NCBI GenBank assembly: GCA_002269645.1
Contig: NIVC01000140.1
Coordinates: forward strand, 578,879-642,878
DNA from: Macrostomum lignano
Taxonomy: Eukaryota
Reading direction: 5' to 3'
DNA length: 64,000 nucleotides
Below the pieces are notes generated by a model. The model saw only the letters and a list, made by a program, of their open reading frames with translations. It did no database searches and was not told the DNA's origin. Positions 1 through 12,185 of the stretch are shown here, piece by piece. Made by a program: the position numbers and the translations under genes. Each line of letters starts with the position of its first letter. The stretch's first letter is position 1.

Positions 1-480
1 TCAGAGTCGCAGATTTCCAATCAGAGTCGCAGATTTCCAATCAGAGTCGCAGATTTCCAATCAGAGTCTCAGATTTCCAATCAGAGTAGCAGATTTCCAA
101 TCAGAGTAGCAGATTTCCAACCCAGAGCCGCAGATTTCCAATCAGAGTCGCAGATTTCCAACCAGAGTCGCAGATTTCCAACCAGAGTCGCAGATTTCCA
201 ATCAGAGTCGCAGATTTCCAATCAGAGTCGCAGATTTCCAACCAGAGTCGCAGATTTCTAACCAGAGTCGCAGATTTCCAACCAGAGTCGCAGATTTCTA
301 ACCAGAGTCGCAGGTTTCCAACCAGAGTCGCAGATTTCCAACCAGAGTCGCAGATTTCCAACCAGAGTCGCAGATTTCTAACCAGAGTCGCAGATTTCCA
401 ACCAGAGTCGCAGATTTCTAACCAGAGTCGCAGATTTCCAACCAGAGTCGCAGGTTTCCAATCAGAGTCGCAGATTTTTA
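1..480. repeat. 20-bp tandem repeat (TCAGAGTCGCAGATTTCCAA), ~24 units, runs off the left edge
   Basis: Directly visible 20-bp period; the same unit recurs at 23250-24015. Confidence 0.97.
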
Positions 481-881
481 GCCAAGTCACTTGCAGCGGC
501 GCCGCTTCCACAGCTGGCTGGGCCCGGTTGACCTGATGCTCCAGGATGAAGCGGAGCTGCTGGATAGCATTAAGCCGCGCCGAGTGGAGACCTGGCGCCT
601 GAGGCGCAGAGGCAGAAGTCTGCGCCTCCACTGCCGAGCTGCGCGATTACTTTGTAGGTGCGCGCCGGCTCCGCTGCCAGATGAGCGGCCTGCACTTTTA
701 TAGTGAGTGTACTTTTACACTGCAATGTACTTTCTTTTCCCTAAGGCATCTCTGTGATTCGCAGTTATTTATCGAATTTGATTAATGTTATTTTAATGTT
801 TACTGACTTGTAATTTTTTTAATGCAATGTGCTGTGAATAGAATCTGCCATGACTGCAAGTGGTTAACCATTAGTTTATTA

Positions 882-1917
882 GCTGCATTAGTGTTGTGAA
901 GGCGACTGATGTAATGCTGCATTAGTGAGGTAAAGGCGACTGATGCAATGCTGCATTAGTGTTGTGAATGCGACTGATGTGATGCTGCATTAGTGTTGTG
1001 AATGCGACTGATGTGATGCTGCATTAGTGAGGTGAATGCGACTGATGTGATGCTGCATTAGTGTTGTGAATGCGACTGATGTGATGCTGCATTAGTGAGG
1101 TGAATGCGACTGATGTGATGCTGCATTAGTGTTGTGAATGCGACTGATGTGATGCTGCATTAGTGAGGTGAATGCGACTGATGTGATGCTGCATTAGTGT
1201 TGTGAAGGTGAATGATGTAAAGCTGCATTAGTGTTGTGAAGGTAAATGATGTAAAGCTGCATTAGTGTTGTGAAGGTAAATGATGTAAAGCTGCATTAGT
1301 GTTGTGAAGGCGACTGATGTGATGCTGCATTAGTGAGGTAAAGGCGACTGATGTGATGCTGCATTAGTGAGGTGAAGGCGACTGATGTGAAGCTGCATTA
1401 GTGAGGTGAAGGCGACTGATGTGATGCTGCATTAGTGAGGTGAAGGCGACTGATGTGATGCTGCATTAGTGAGGTGAATGCGACTGATGTGATGCTGCAT
1501 TAGTGAGGTGAAGGTGAATGATGTGATGCTGCATTAGTGAGGTGAAGGTGAATGATGTGATGCTGCATTAGTGAGGTGAAGGTGAATGATGTGATGCTGC
1601 ATAGTGAGGTGAAGGTGAATGATGTGATGCTGCATTAGTGAGGTGGGGTGAATGATGTGATGCTGCATTAGTGAGGTGAATGCGACTGATGTGATGCTGC
1701 ATTAGTGAGGTGAAGGTGAATGATGTGATGCTGCATAGTGAGGTGAAGGTGAATGATGTGATGCTGCATTAGTGAGGTGGGGTGAATGATGTGATGCTGC
1801 ATTAGTGAGGTGGGGTGAATGATGTGATGCTGCATTAGTGAGGTGGGGTGAATGATGTGATGCTGCATTAGTGAGGTGGGGTGAATGATGTGATGCTGCA
1901 CTGCAGAGGTGAAGGCG
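882..1917. repeat. 33/34-bp satellite (GCTGCATTAGTGAGGTGAAGGYGAATGATGTGAT-like)
   Basis: Visible period; the 11-aa periodic ORFs (MQHHIIHPTSL) confirm 33-bp units. Related arrays at 11267, 24840 and 28821. Confidence 0.95.
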
Positions 1918-2565
1918 CACCCGGTCAGCACTCACTCAATCTCGCACGCCCAGTGCATGATACTGTTTTAAATTCTAAATAATTTTCCGGATATTTTAAC
2001 TCAATAAAACAAACGTTAATTTCACTGGAAGGAAATAAACGTTTGAATGCTATTTGTTAAAGCAAATTAGAAATATTTTCCATTTACCTTAACTATTGGG
2101 CCTAATTGAATATTCCTATTTTCTATTTGCTGCGATAATTATTTTATACAAAATTTGAATTATTCCAGTCAGTGCTGCCAGTTCTCCTTCAGTTAAGCCA
2201 CAACTTGAGCCAAAAATTGAAAGGATTCTCAATGGTAAGCTGCACGAATTTTCTGTTTTCCGAAATTTAGGAAAAATTAAACAGAATGAACTGGTTGATC
2301 TTCCTCTCTTGAACAGAGTGAAATATTTTTTCATTATCATAATTTCTATATCTTAAATTCACTAAGTACAAATATTTTATAATAAAGTTATTTATGTATC
2401 AGATGCTAAAATAGAATTAAAAGTACAAGAATACAAGAAATAATTAATGGGTTCAGAAGCACCTTTATAGAATTTATGAATTGAAATCATATCATTATAC
2501 AATGAACCACATAAATGAGCACTACTTCATGATCTACAAATTTTAAACACACATTTTTAGCTACA
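1900..2565 (+). other. AT-rich upstream/intronic segment of the VWA-peptidase duplication unit
   Basis: Near-identical to 12170-12834 and 28960-29636; diverged copy at ~25440-26053. Ends in TTTTTAG|CTACAATG. Confidence 0.85.
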
Positions 2566-5019
2566 ATGTTGTGCATGTCAGGCTTTTCACCGCAACTGCA
2601 GGAGCGTCACGTGAGGTCGGTGCTCACCGGAGCTTTGCTGGACGTGTCCGGCTCCATGCAGCGCAGCTTCGACAGCCAGCAGGCAGCGGGCGCGGCCAGC
2701 TACGCATCGAAGAACAAGTGGGTCCGCTCCATCTTCAAGGTGGCCGACCAACTGGTCAAGCACGACGTGTCACCGACCAACCCGGTGTTCCTGGGCGGTG
2801 TGGGAGCTGAGTCACAGCCCACAGTGTTCGACATCCTGGCCTCACTGGAGGCTGGGCAGAAAGAGCTGGAGAGGAGAAAACCAGAGCTGGACCGTAAAAA
2901 GCAAGAGCTGGAGAGGGGAAAGCAAGAACTGGACAGGAAAAAGCAGGAGCTGGAAGATGAGGCCAGAAGAAAGAAGCAGGAGTATGAAGACCGAATAAAG
3001 AGGTTAGAATCTTCTTCAAAGCAATACATCATTGACCGAGCTCTCTCCATCCTTGAGTCCAGTGGAGCGCCGAGAGTTCGGAGTTGGGCCACAGCGAACA
3101 TGGTGGACAGGAATATAAGCGACAAGCGAACTGCCTGCGTCATTCTGGACGCTCTGCAAACCGACTCGGAATTCAAACGAAAAGTTGTTTATGAGTTTCT
3201 GCCTGAAGAGTGCCGAAATTTTCGCGTCGCGAGTGAAGTCGCTCACAGTCCCGCCACGAAATTCGCTGCGGTCGGAGCTGGAGTACTCGGTGGATTGCTG
3301 ACTGGGGGTTTGCCCCCTCTTGTGATGGGGGCGGCTGCAGCAACGACCGCGTTCGCGGCTGAAGAACAGTCGAAAAAGGCGACGGACTCCGAAGTAAGAG
3401 CTGTTGTGAACAAATGTGAAAACTTCCTTAACGACAAATTTCGAATTGAAGAAGAAGCAGAAAGAAGGAGAGCGGAGAATGAGCTGAGGCCATTGAGTAC
3501 AAATCTCACTGCACTGGCTGAAGATCTCAGAGCACTGACGAAAAATCTCACTGCAAATCTCATTGCACTGACTCATTCGTCTGTTTTTGCTCCTCATGAA
3601 GCTCAGAGAATCCTGCACTCCTGCAACGAAGACTCTGAGCTGACTGACCAGCGAATCAACGAGCTCATTGACACCATCGAGCCCTTCATCTACGGTCTCA
3701 CCCCGCTGATGCAGGCTCTCGAGACGTCTGAAAATATTTTTTGTAGCGAGAAACACAAAACTGAGTTCAAGCTGCTCTTCATCCTTTCTGATGGAGCGCC
3801 GTCGGACAACAGCGGCAGCCGAGACACTGAGATGCGACAGGCACTGCACAATCTCGGGGTGACGGTCGTGTCCTGCTTCATCACGGACACAGACATCTCT
3901 GACCCGCGACGGCTCTACAGCACTATCGACAGCGGCTGGGATCGACCTGCTGAATTTATGTTCCACATGGCCTCGACAGTCTCCACCCAGAAGGTCCCCA
4001 GAACCCTGTTCATCCGAAAGGGCTGGACAATCGACACCGACAACAATGAGACCCGACTGTTCTTCCAGATCAATCACCCCGACCTCATCGATGAGGTCTG
4101 CGACATCGCCAAGAGCTGCGTGTGCTCGCAGGACGCGCTGTCGGACGTGCTGGCCGACGTGGACCTCGACCTGTACATCAACAGGGCCAACGAGGGCTTC
4201 GAGACGCAGCGACAGTCGGAGCTCACCTGCTATGCAGTCGCGTCGGCGACCGTCATGCACCTGAGCATGCTCAGGGTTGTGGGTCGGGACGGCGGATATC
4301 CGGACTTCTTCCAGCTCAGAGACGAGATCGTCGCTCAGTTCGGACAGCGCAGAGCCCGCACAGTCGAGGTGCTGCGGACAGTGTGTCCGGAGTACCGGCT
4401 GCAGTGCAAGGAGGTCGATGAGAGAGCCGCGCTGGACGCCGTCATCGCCAAGCGGCCAGTCGTGGCCACATTCGGCCTCACTAAGAGCGAGTGGGGCAGC
4501 TTCAAGCAGTTCTTCAAGCAAAATCCCGAAGGCATTCTCACTCAGGCCGACCTCACCGGTGGACTCGGAGCTCGGGGAGACTCTGAGCTGCTCGGACACG
4601 CGGTGGTGCTGATGAGCTTCGACAGACACAGCCTGAGGCTGATGAACTCGTGGGGCTCCGGCTGGGGCGACGGCGGCTTCTTCAGAGTGCAGAGCGCAGC
4701 CGTGCTCAGGATGAAGTTCATCGATGTGTTCTGGACCGAGGAGCAGCTGACTGAGGCTGAGAGAGCCGCCTTCAGAGAGCGCGGACTGGGCGTTGCAGAG
4801 AGACTGTTTAAATCTCTGAAGGGTCTGCAGACATGCAAGTACAGGTGCCCGCTGTGCGGTGAGGAGTCTCTGGTGTCGGAGTTCTCGGGACACACGCTGG
4901 AGGCCAGGTGTCCCAAATGCAGGCGCAGCTTCAATGCGAACCTGGCGGGCAGCGACCTGGCGCTGAACCTGTACCTCACCTCGCTGCTGCACAAAGGGGA
5001 TAAGAAGACGCAGCAGTAG
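2566..5019 (+). CDS. VWA domain (split by coiled-coil/helical insert) - papain-like C1 cysteine peptidase - C-terminal CxxC..CxxC Zn ribbon protein, paralog 1
   Basis: MIDAS elements LLDVSGS, GLTPL and ILSDG. Papain-like motifs QRQSELTCYA (Cys), GHAVVL (His) and MNSWGSGWGDGGFFRV (Asn). CPLC-x17-CPKC. 817-aa uninterrupted ORF. The true 5' end may include an upstream exon. Confidence 0.9.
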   Translation: MLCMSGFSPQLQERHVRSVLTGALLDVSGSMQRSFDSQQAAGAASYASKNKWVRSIFKVADQLVKHDVSPTNPVFLGGVGAESQPTVFDILASLEAGQKELERRKPELDRKKQELERGKQELDRKKQELEDEARRKKQEYEDRIKRLESSSKQYIIDRALSILESSGAPRVRSWATANMVDRNISDKRTACVILDALQTDSEFKRKVVYEFLPEECRNFRVASEVAHSPATKFAAVGAGVLGGLLTGGLPPLVMGAAAATTAFAAEEQSKKATDSEVRAVVNKCENFLNDKFRIEEEAERRRAENELRPLSTNLTALAEDLRALTKNLTANLIALTHSSVFAPHEAQRILHSCNEDSELTDQRINELIDTIEPFIYGLTPLMQALETSENIFCSEKHKTEFKLLFILSDGAPSDNSGSRDTEMRQALHNLGVTVVSCFITDTDISDPRRLYSTIDSGWDRPAEFMFHMASTVSTQKVPRTLFIRKGWTIDTDNNETRLFFQINHPDLIDEVCDIAKSCVCSQDALSDVLADVDLDLYINRANEGFETQRQSELTCYAVASATVMHLSMLRVVGRDGGYPDFFQLRDEIVAQFGQRRARTVEVLRTVCPEYRLQCKEVDERAALDAVIAKRPVVATFGLTKSEWGSFKQFFKQNPEGILTQADLTGGLGARGDSELLGHAVVLMSFDRHSLRLMNSWGSGWGDGGFFRVQSAAVLRMKFIDVFWTEEQLTEAERAAFRERGLGVAERLFKSLKGLQTCKYRCPLCGEESLVSEFSGHTLEARCPKCRRSFNANLAGSDLALNLYLTSLLHKGDKKTQQ

Positions 5020-5290
5020 GCGCAGTGAAGCTTCTGGAGCTTTGTGCAGCGAATTGGTGACACAGAGCTGTTGACAAAATCTGACTAAATAAGAGTTCGC
5101 ATAGTTGCTCCCCAAACTGGAAACTTGCAACGTTTTTGTATGATGTCAAGCTTTTTCAGTTTATCAAGCTTTATCAGCTGTATCAGTTTTTCAGGGTTTT
5201 TTAACCTGCCCTCTAATTGTTTTAACCTGCAACATAAGTTCAGTATGTATAAAATATGAAAAAAACGAGTAATTAACTGCTGAAAGGTCT

Positions 5291-6033
5291 TGCACCATTA
5301 CCCAATATCCCATGCGTATCAGCCCAAATCCCAATGCGTTGCACCATTACCCAATATCCCATGCGTATCAGCCCAAATCCCAATGCGTTGCATCATTACC
5401 CAATATCCCATGCGTATCAGCCCAAATCCCAATGCGTTGCATCATTACCCAATATCCCATGCGTATCAGCCCAAATCCCAATGCGTTGCACCATTACCCA
5501 ATATCCCATGCGTATCAGCCCAAATCCCAATGCGTTGCACCATTACCCAATATCCCATGCGTATCAGCCCAAATCCCAATGCGTTGCACCATTACCCAAT
5601 ATCCCATGCGTATCAGCCCAAATCCCAATGCGTTGCACCATTACCCAATATCCCATGCGTATCAGCCCAAATCCCAATGCGTTGCATCATTACCCAATAT
5701 CCCATGCGTATCAGCCCAAATCCCAATGCGTTGCATCATTACCCAATATCCCATGCGTATCAGCCCAAATCCCAATGCGTTGCATCATTACCCAATATCC
5801 CATGCGTATCAGCCCAAATCCCAATGCGTTGCATCATTACCCAATATCCCATGCGTATCAGCCCAAATCCCAATGCGTTGCACCATTACCCAATATCCCA
5901 TGCGTATCAGCCCAAATCCCAATGCGTTGCATCATTACCCAATATCCCATGCGTATCAGCCCAAATCCCAATGCGTTGCATCATTACCCAATATCCCATG
6001 CGTATCAGCCCAAATCCCAATGCGTTGCATAAT
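5291..6033. repeat. 49-bp minisatellite, ~15 units
   Basis: Unit TGCACCATTACCCAATATCCCATGCGTATCAGCCCAAATCCCAATGCGT; the 49-aa periodicity in three frames confirms the period. Confidence 0.96.
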
Positions 6034-6765
6034 TACCCAGCATCCGAAGCCATTTTATGATTTTATCAAATAGGTAAATAAATAATTATTCAATAAATCG
6101 ATCATCAAGTATTCAGGCTCATACAATTGTAAACTCTGTTTCCGCTTAGAGTTTTTGTTAAAATAACATATGCGAGAGCACAATACTCCTCTTTGCTGCC
6201 CTAACCCTCTTGTGGTCCGGCAGCAAGTACTGCTGAGTGCAGCCCCTTTAGCGTGCTCACTGCGCGAGCATATAAGCCATTGATGTTTACAACTCTCCGA
6301 ACTCTTTTTGTTAGATCCCTGAGCTTCGACACAATGTCCAACTCAGCCAATATCTTTTTCTAGACACTAGGCACTGTGGACACGCAGTCTGCCAAAATGA
6401 TAGCTTAGGAGCGACTGTCATTGGTTATTGCGTCAAGCCCCAGTTGCTTGCATGTCCATGCAGTTTTACAAATTTCCTCTGTTTTAGCTTTAAAGTGCGG
6501 TGCGCACCTGTCAGGTGTGCGTTCGAGGTGCTCTCAGATTTTGCAGGCAAAACTGAAGTTCTCTTTCTAGTGTGCAGCTGTGGCAGCTGCAGTGGTCTAA
6601 ATATAAAACAACTCAAGCTCACTCCAGGGCTAACGAAATTCTAACTGGAAAGAAATTTCATTTGAAGTTTGATGAGAAAATATTTTTGCTTTAATTTTTG
6701 TAGTGTGAACTGGATTAGTCAAGTAGAGAGTCTGGTGGCGTGATAAAATTGGTTATTCATCTTTT

Positions 6766-6880
6766 CTCCCCTCTCCTCTCCTCTCCTCTCCTCTCCTCCC
6801 CTCTCCTCTCCTCTCCTCTCCTCTCCTCTCCTCTCCTCTCCTCTCCTCTCCTCTCCTCTCCTCTCCTCTCCTCTCCTCTT
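6766..6880. repeat. (CTCTC)n microsatellite
   Basis: Directly visible. Confidence 0.95.
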
Positions 6881-7308
6881 TTCTCCTCTTATCTCATCTC
6901 GTCTCTACCTCCCATGAATAAACACATTCCTTGATATATATATATCTGTTTTATACGCATCTAAGCTTGGCCAGTCGTGCTCAAAATTTTCTCTCCTGAG
7001 TGTTCACAAGAGTGCAGCAGTGCAGTTTACTCAATGCGCAGGTGCAGCTCGGAGAAGTTCGAACTGAGCAGTGCAGTCCGAATCTTCCTGCGTACATTGG
7101 AGTTGCTTGGGTGCGCTCGGGATTGCGCTGTGAGAATGCAAGTTTAAAGGGCCAAACGACGAATGAAATTGAGTCACAGCATGACGCACAAGACAGCAGC
7201 TTCTTTCTTCTTTCTCGATTAAAATTGTCATGGCTACAGTTGAAAGTGCCATAGAAATAATTGCGGCATTCTTCCATCTCTTTGCCTCCAGTTTCTAAAC
7301 CTTTTGGT

Positions 7309-7518
7309 TATCCTCTGCTCACCTGACTCTCATCTCCGGCCATCAGCTGCCCCACCAGACCCTGAGTAGCCAATTATCCTCATCTGCTCACCTGACTCTC
7401 ATCTCCAGCCATCAGCTGCCCCACCAGACCCTGAGTAGCCAAATATCCTCATCTGCTCACCTGACTCTCATCTCCAGCCATCAGCTGCCCCACCAGACCC
7501 TGAGTAGCCAGTTATCCT
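7309..7518. repeat. Three tandem 69-bp direct repeats
   Basis: CCTGAGTAGCCA recurs at 7361, 7430 and 7499. Confidence 0.92.
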
Positions 7519-8495
7519 TCTTTTAATAGCAGACAGAGGATAAAAACAGAGTGAGCAAAATAAATGCAGGGACAGTTCATTGGAAACCGCACCTCGCACA
7601 GAAGTTGTGTTCTCATAATCCAATGAGAACGCAAGAGCTGAAAAATCTCTGACCATCTCGCCACCGAGCGCAGAGAGAGCGCGGGCCGCAGCCTTGGCTC
7701 AGTTTAAACTGAGGCCTTTTTGTCTCAAGCGCATCATCTGCAAATTGCCCAGAGGCAAAACTGCAATATTTTATTTTGTTGCGTCAGTGGCTGTCATAAA
7801 TAAGAGTTCTCTCAGCCCTTGTATTTCAAGGGTTCACCGCAGTGTTAAATAAGAAAACAAGCAGTTTGTGAGGAGAGACGTCTGGCCTCACAATGCAGTG
7901 CTCGAACCGCTCACAGAGATTTAATTTCTATTTTTGTCTCTTTGCCAAGATGGAAGTTCAGTTAATAATGTGCGCAGCTGCCAGAGAAACCGGTTACAGA
8001 GGCCGTTTTCACCTGATCTGAGCAGCTGAGACCATGAAAATTAAACAATTCTAGTAGAAAGGAAGCTGCAAGGTGACTGGCATGCTACTCTCAGTAGTTA
8101 CTAACATAATTATTGATAATTCTTAATCATCTCAAGTCCCTTGCAATGATCCAGCTAGAAAGGAGAGAATTTAACCAGTTCAGACTGAACTTGGCAGCCT
8201 CTAGGCAGTCTGTGTACTTGGTAACTACCTGTAACAGACTGTACAGGTACGCTTTGGTTGAATTGTGCGCCTCTGGTAACTGCAACGCGACATGGCTACT
8301 CATCATCAGCCAAGACCGACTTACGCGCGATTCGGGATTTGAGAAGCTGAAATCTGAGATGAAACTCGCTGAGACGGCATTTTCTAAAACTTGTTGTAGT
8401 TTTATCGGTGAAAGAGCAGAAGCATTGAAATATGCATTCGATTGGTCTTTGTATTCCCATCTTCATGTCACTCTCTTCTCTTCCTCTTTTCTCCT

Positions 8496-10045
8496 CTCCC
8501 AGCTGCTTCTGTTCCCAATGCGATAATCTGCTGTCCTTGTCTCCCAGCTGCTTCTGTTCCCAATGCGATAATCAGCTGTCCTTGTCTCCCAGCTGCTTCT
8601 CTTCCCAATGCGATAATCAGCTGTCCTTGTCTCCCACCTGCTTCTGTTCCCAATGCGATAATCAGCTGTCCTTGTCTCCCAGCTGCTTCTCTTCCCAATG
8701 CGATAATCAGCTGTCCTTGTCTCCCAGCTGCTTCTCTTCCCAATGCGATAATCAGCTGTCCTTGTCTCCCAGCTGCTTCTCTTCCCAATGCGATAATCAG
8801 CTGTCCTTGTCTCCCAGCTGCTTCTGTTCCCAATGCGATAATCAGCTGTCCTTGTCTCCCAGCTGCTTCTCTTCCCAATGCGATAATCAGCTGTCCTTGT
8901 CTCCCAGCTGCTTCTCTTCCCAATGCGATAATCAGCTGTCCTTGTCTCCCAGCTGCTTCTCTTCCCAATGCGATAATCAGCTGTCCTTGTCTCCCAGCTG
9001 CTTCTCTTCCCAATGCGATAATCAGCTGTCCTTGTCTCCCAGCTGCTTCTCTTCCCAATGCGATAATCAGCTGTCCTTGTCTCCCAGCTGCTTCTGTTCC
9101 CAATGCGATAATCAGCTGTCCTTGTCTCCCAGCTGCTTCTCTTCCCAATGCGATAATCAGCTGTCCTTGTCTCCCAGCTGCTTCTCTTCCCAATGCGATA
9201 ATCAGCTGTCCTTGTCTCCCAGCTGCTTCTGTTCCCAATGCGATAATCAGCTGTCCTTGTCTCCCAGCTGTTTCTCTTCCCAATGCGATAATCTGCTGTC
9301 CTTGTCTCCCAGCTGCTTCTGTTCCCAATGCGATAATCTGCTGTCCTTGTCTCCCAGCTGCTTCTGTTCCCAATGCGATAATCAGCTGTCCTTGTCTCCC
9401 ACCTGCTTCTGTTCCCAATGCGATAATCAGCTGTCCTTGTCTCCCAGCTGCTTCTGTTCCCAATGCGATAATCAGCTGTCCTTGTCTCCCAGCTGCTTCT
9501 GTTCCCAATGCGATAATCAGCTGTCCTTGTCTCCCAGCTGCTTCTCTTCCCAATGCGATAATCAGCTGTCCTTGTCTCCCAGCTGCTTCTCTTCCCAATG
9601 CGATAATCAGCTGTCCTTGTCTCCCAGCTGTTTCTCTTCCCAATGCGATAATCAGCTGTCCTTGTCTCCCAGCTGCTTCTCTTCCCAATGCGATAATCAG
9701 CTGTCCTTGTCTCCCAGCTGCTTCTCTTCCCAATGCGATAATCAGCTGTCCTTGTCTCCCAGCTGCTTCTCTTCCCAATGCGATAATCAGCTGTCCTTGT
9801 CTCCCAGCTGCTTCTCTTCCCAATGCGATAATCAGCTGTCCTTGTCTCCCAGCTGCTTCTGTTCCCAATGCGATAATCAGCTGTCCTTGTCTCCCAGCTG
9901 CTTCTCTTCCCAATGCGATAATCAGCTGTCCTTGTCTCCCAGCTGCTTCTCTTCCCAATGCGATAATCAGCTGTCCTTGTCTCCCAGCTGCTTCTGTTCC
10001 CAATGCGATAATCAGCTGTCCTTGTCTCCCAGCTGCTTCTTTTCC
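8496..10045. repeat. 45-bp minisatellite, ~34 units
   Basis: Unit CCCAGCTGCTTCTSTTCCCAATGCGATAATCAGCTGTCCTTGTCT; 15-aa periodic ORFs. Confidence 0.97.
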
Positions 10046-10049
10046 CAAG

Positions 10050-10162
10050 GCACTGACTGGCACTGACTGGCACTGACTGGCACTGACTGGCACTGGTTGG
10101 CACTGACTGGCACTGACTGGCACTGACTGGCTCTGACTTGCACTGACTGGCACTGACTGACA
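10050..10162. repeat. 10-bp tandem repeat (GCACTGACTG)
   Basis: Directly visible. Confidence 0.92.
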
Positions 10163-11266
10163 CTTTCCAGTATCCGAGAGACAATCAAGCATTCACTGGA
10201 TTTAAAGAAATGAATGAGAAAAGAAAAGTACAGATTTCGACAATGTATTCCTACTTTACCGGCCTTCCATTTTTGTGAGGAACAAAGTATACTATCTGCT
10301 TTTATCATTTAGATTTTTGGATTTTGTTGTGGAATGAAAACATGGTAAAACGGAGACAGGGTCCCTGACGTATTTCTCTATGCATTTCGGACGTTTCAGA
10401 TGCTGCAAAGACCATCAGTAGCAGCGGCAGCACAATGCAATTTCTGACGGGTATCTTCTACTGGGAAAACGCAGTTTGCTGGTGTTGTGACACGGCCGTT
10501 AAACCGATCGTGTGCTTCCCAGTTATTCCCAAGAAATTCAGAGCAGTGATCACTTGATGGAGTCAGTCGCCCTGGCTAGACTGACTTCGGAATCAGATCG
10601 TTCGTCTCTATGACTTCGAGAGACGTGGTCAGCCCGTCCCTATGACTGTCCCGTACAATATGCAGGGTCACCCTCGAAGCAAACGAGCAGACACGCCCAA
10701 TTACTCACAATCAGCAGGCACATGCCCTGCCGGCTGCCCACACATCTTATATTTGGGTTCACAGATTTTTAGCCCCAGGGTCTGAAGACCCACGAGCTCA
10801 AGCCAGGTCGAAAATTACACGAAAACCAGCAGCCAATGAGAAGGCAGAAGAGAGCACAGGCAGCTGGGTGTTGACAGCTGGGGGCCGGTCAGCCAATCAC
10901 AGCAGAATGGGGGAGTGGGGCGGTCGCAGGTCTTGTGTGTAAACAACTCAGAGGGGCAGAGAAAATGGGGTGGGGCACAATCAAGTTAGCAGCTTAGGGG
11001 GCGCAGAGAGAAAGAAACGTGTTGCAGTGCAGTGCCGGGAACCCTTGACTGAGAGCCGGAGGTTGCTCATCAGTGCACCCGGGCACAGCGCTGCAAAAAA
11101 GACTTGCTTTGATTTATTTCGGTATTAAAACCTGAAATTATAAGCTGAACTTTATCGGCTATCAAGAAGATTCCAGACCTAAAAACTCGAATGTACATAC
11201 AGAATTGTTTATCAAAGCTCAAAAAGCTAAAAGCTTAACAGAAGCTTTATCAAATGCAATTTTCAA

Positions 11267-12185
11267 GGCGAATGATGCAATGCTGCATTAGTGAGGTGAA
11301 GCCGAGATATGCAATGCTGCATTAGTGAGGTGAAGGCGAGTGATGCAATGCTGCATTAGTGAGGTGAAGGCGAGTGATGCAATGCTGCATTAGTGAGGTG
11401 AAGCCGAGATATGCAATGCTGCATTAGTGAGGTGAAGGCGAGTGATGCAATGCTGCATTAGTGAGGTGAAGGCGAGTGATGCAATGCTGCATTAGTGAGG
11501 TGGATGCGAATGATGCAATGCTGCATTAGTGAGGTGAATGCGAGTGATGTGATGCTGCATTAGTGAGGTGAATGCGAATGATGTAATGCTGCATTAGTGA
11601 GGTGAATGCGAATGATGTGATGCTGTATTAGTGAGGTGAATGCGAATGATGTAATGCTGCATTAGTGAGGTGAATGCGAATGATGTGATGCTGTATTAGT
11701 GAGGTGAATGCGAATGATGCAATGCTGCATTAGTGAGGTGAATGCGAATGATGTGATGCTGTATTAGTGAGGTGAATGCGAATGATGTGATGCTGCATTA
11801 GTGAGGTGAAGGTGAATGATGTGATGCTGCATTAGTGAGGTGAAGGCGAGTGATGTGATGCTGCATTAGTGAGGTGAATGCGAATGATGTAATGCTGCAT
11901 TAGTGAGGTGAATGCGAATGATGTGATGCTGTATTAGTGAGGTGAAGGCGAGTGATGCAATGCTGCATTAGTGAGGTGGAGGCGAATGATGCAATGCTGC
12001 ATTAGTGAGGTGAAGGTGAATGATGTGATGCTGCATTAGTGAGGTGGGGTGAATGATGTGATGCTGCATTAGTGAGGTGGAAGCGAATGATGTGATGTTG
12101 TATTAGTGAGGTGAAGGCGAATGATGCAATGCTGCATAGTGAGGTGGAGGCGAATGATGCAATGTACACTGCAGAGGTGAAGGCG
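11267..12185. repeat. 33-bp satellite, second array
   Basis: Same GCTGCATTAGTGAGGTG core as 882-1917; precedes paralog 2. Confidence 0.95.

Noticed and set aside
101-631. 176-aa minus-strand ORF with LRR-like periodicity (LRLWLEICD)
   Set aside because: The periodic part is the 20-bp repeat; the unique part is short and unrecognisable.
3016-5130. 704-aa antisense ORF (and counterparts at 13696-15180 and 30323-31567)
   Set aside because: Shadow of the GC3-rich sense gene; its length differs arbitrarily among paralogs and it has no motifs.
5290-6073. Three overlapping 232-256-aa ORFs
   Set aside because: Products of the 49-bp repeat cycling through frames.
8432-10192. Four 544-574-aa ORFs (Cys/Ser-rich, 'SSWETRTADYRIG' etc.)
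   Set aside because: Translations of a stop-free 45-bp minisatellite on both strands; no unique coding flanks or evidence of a real gene.
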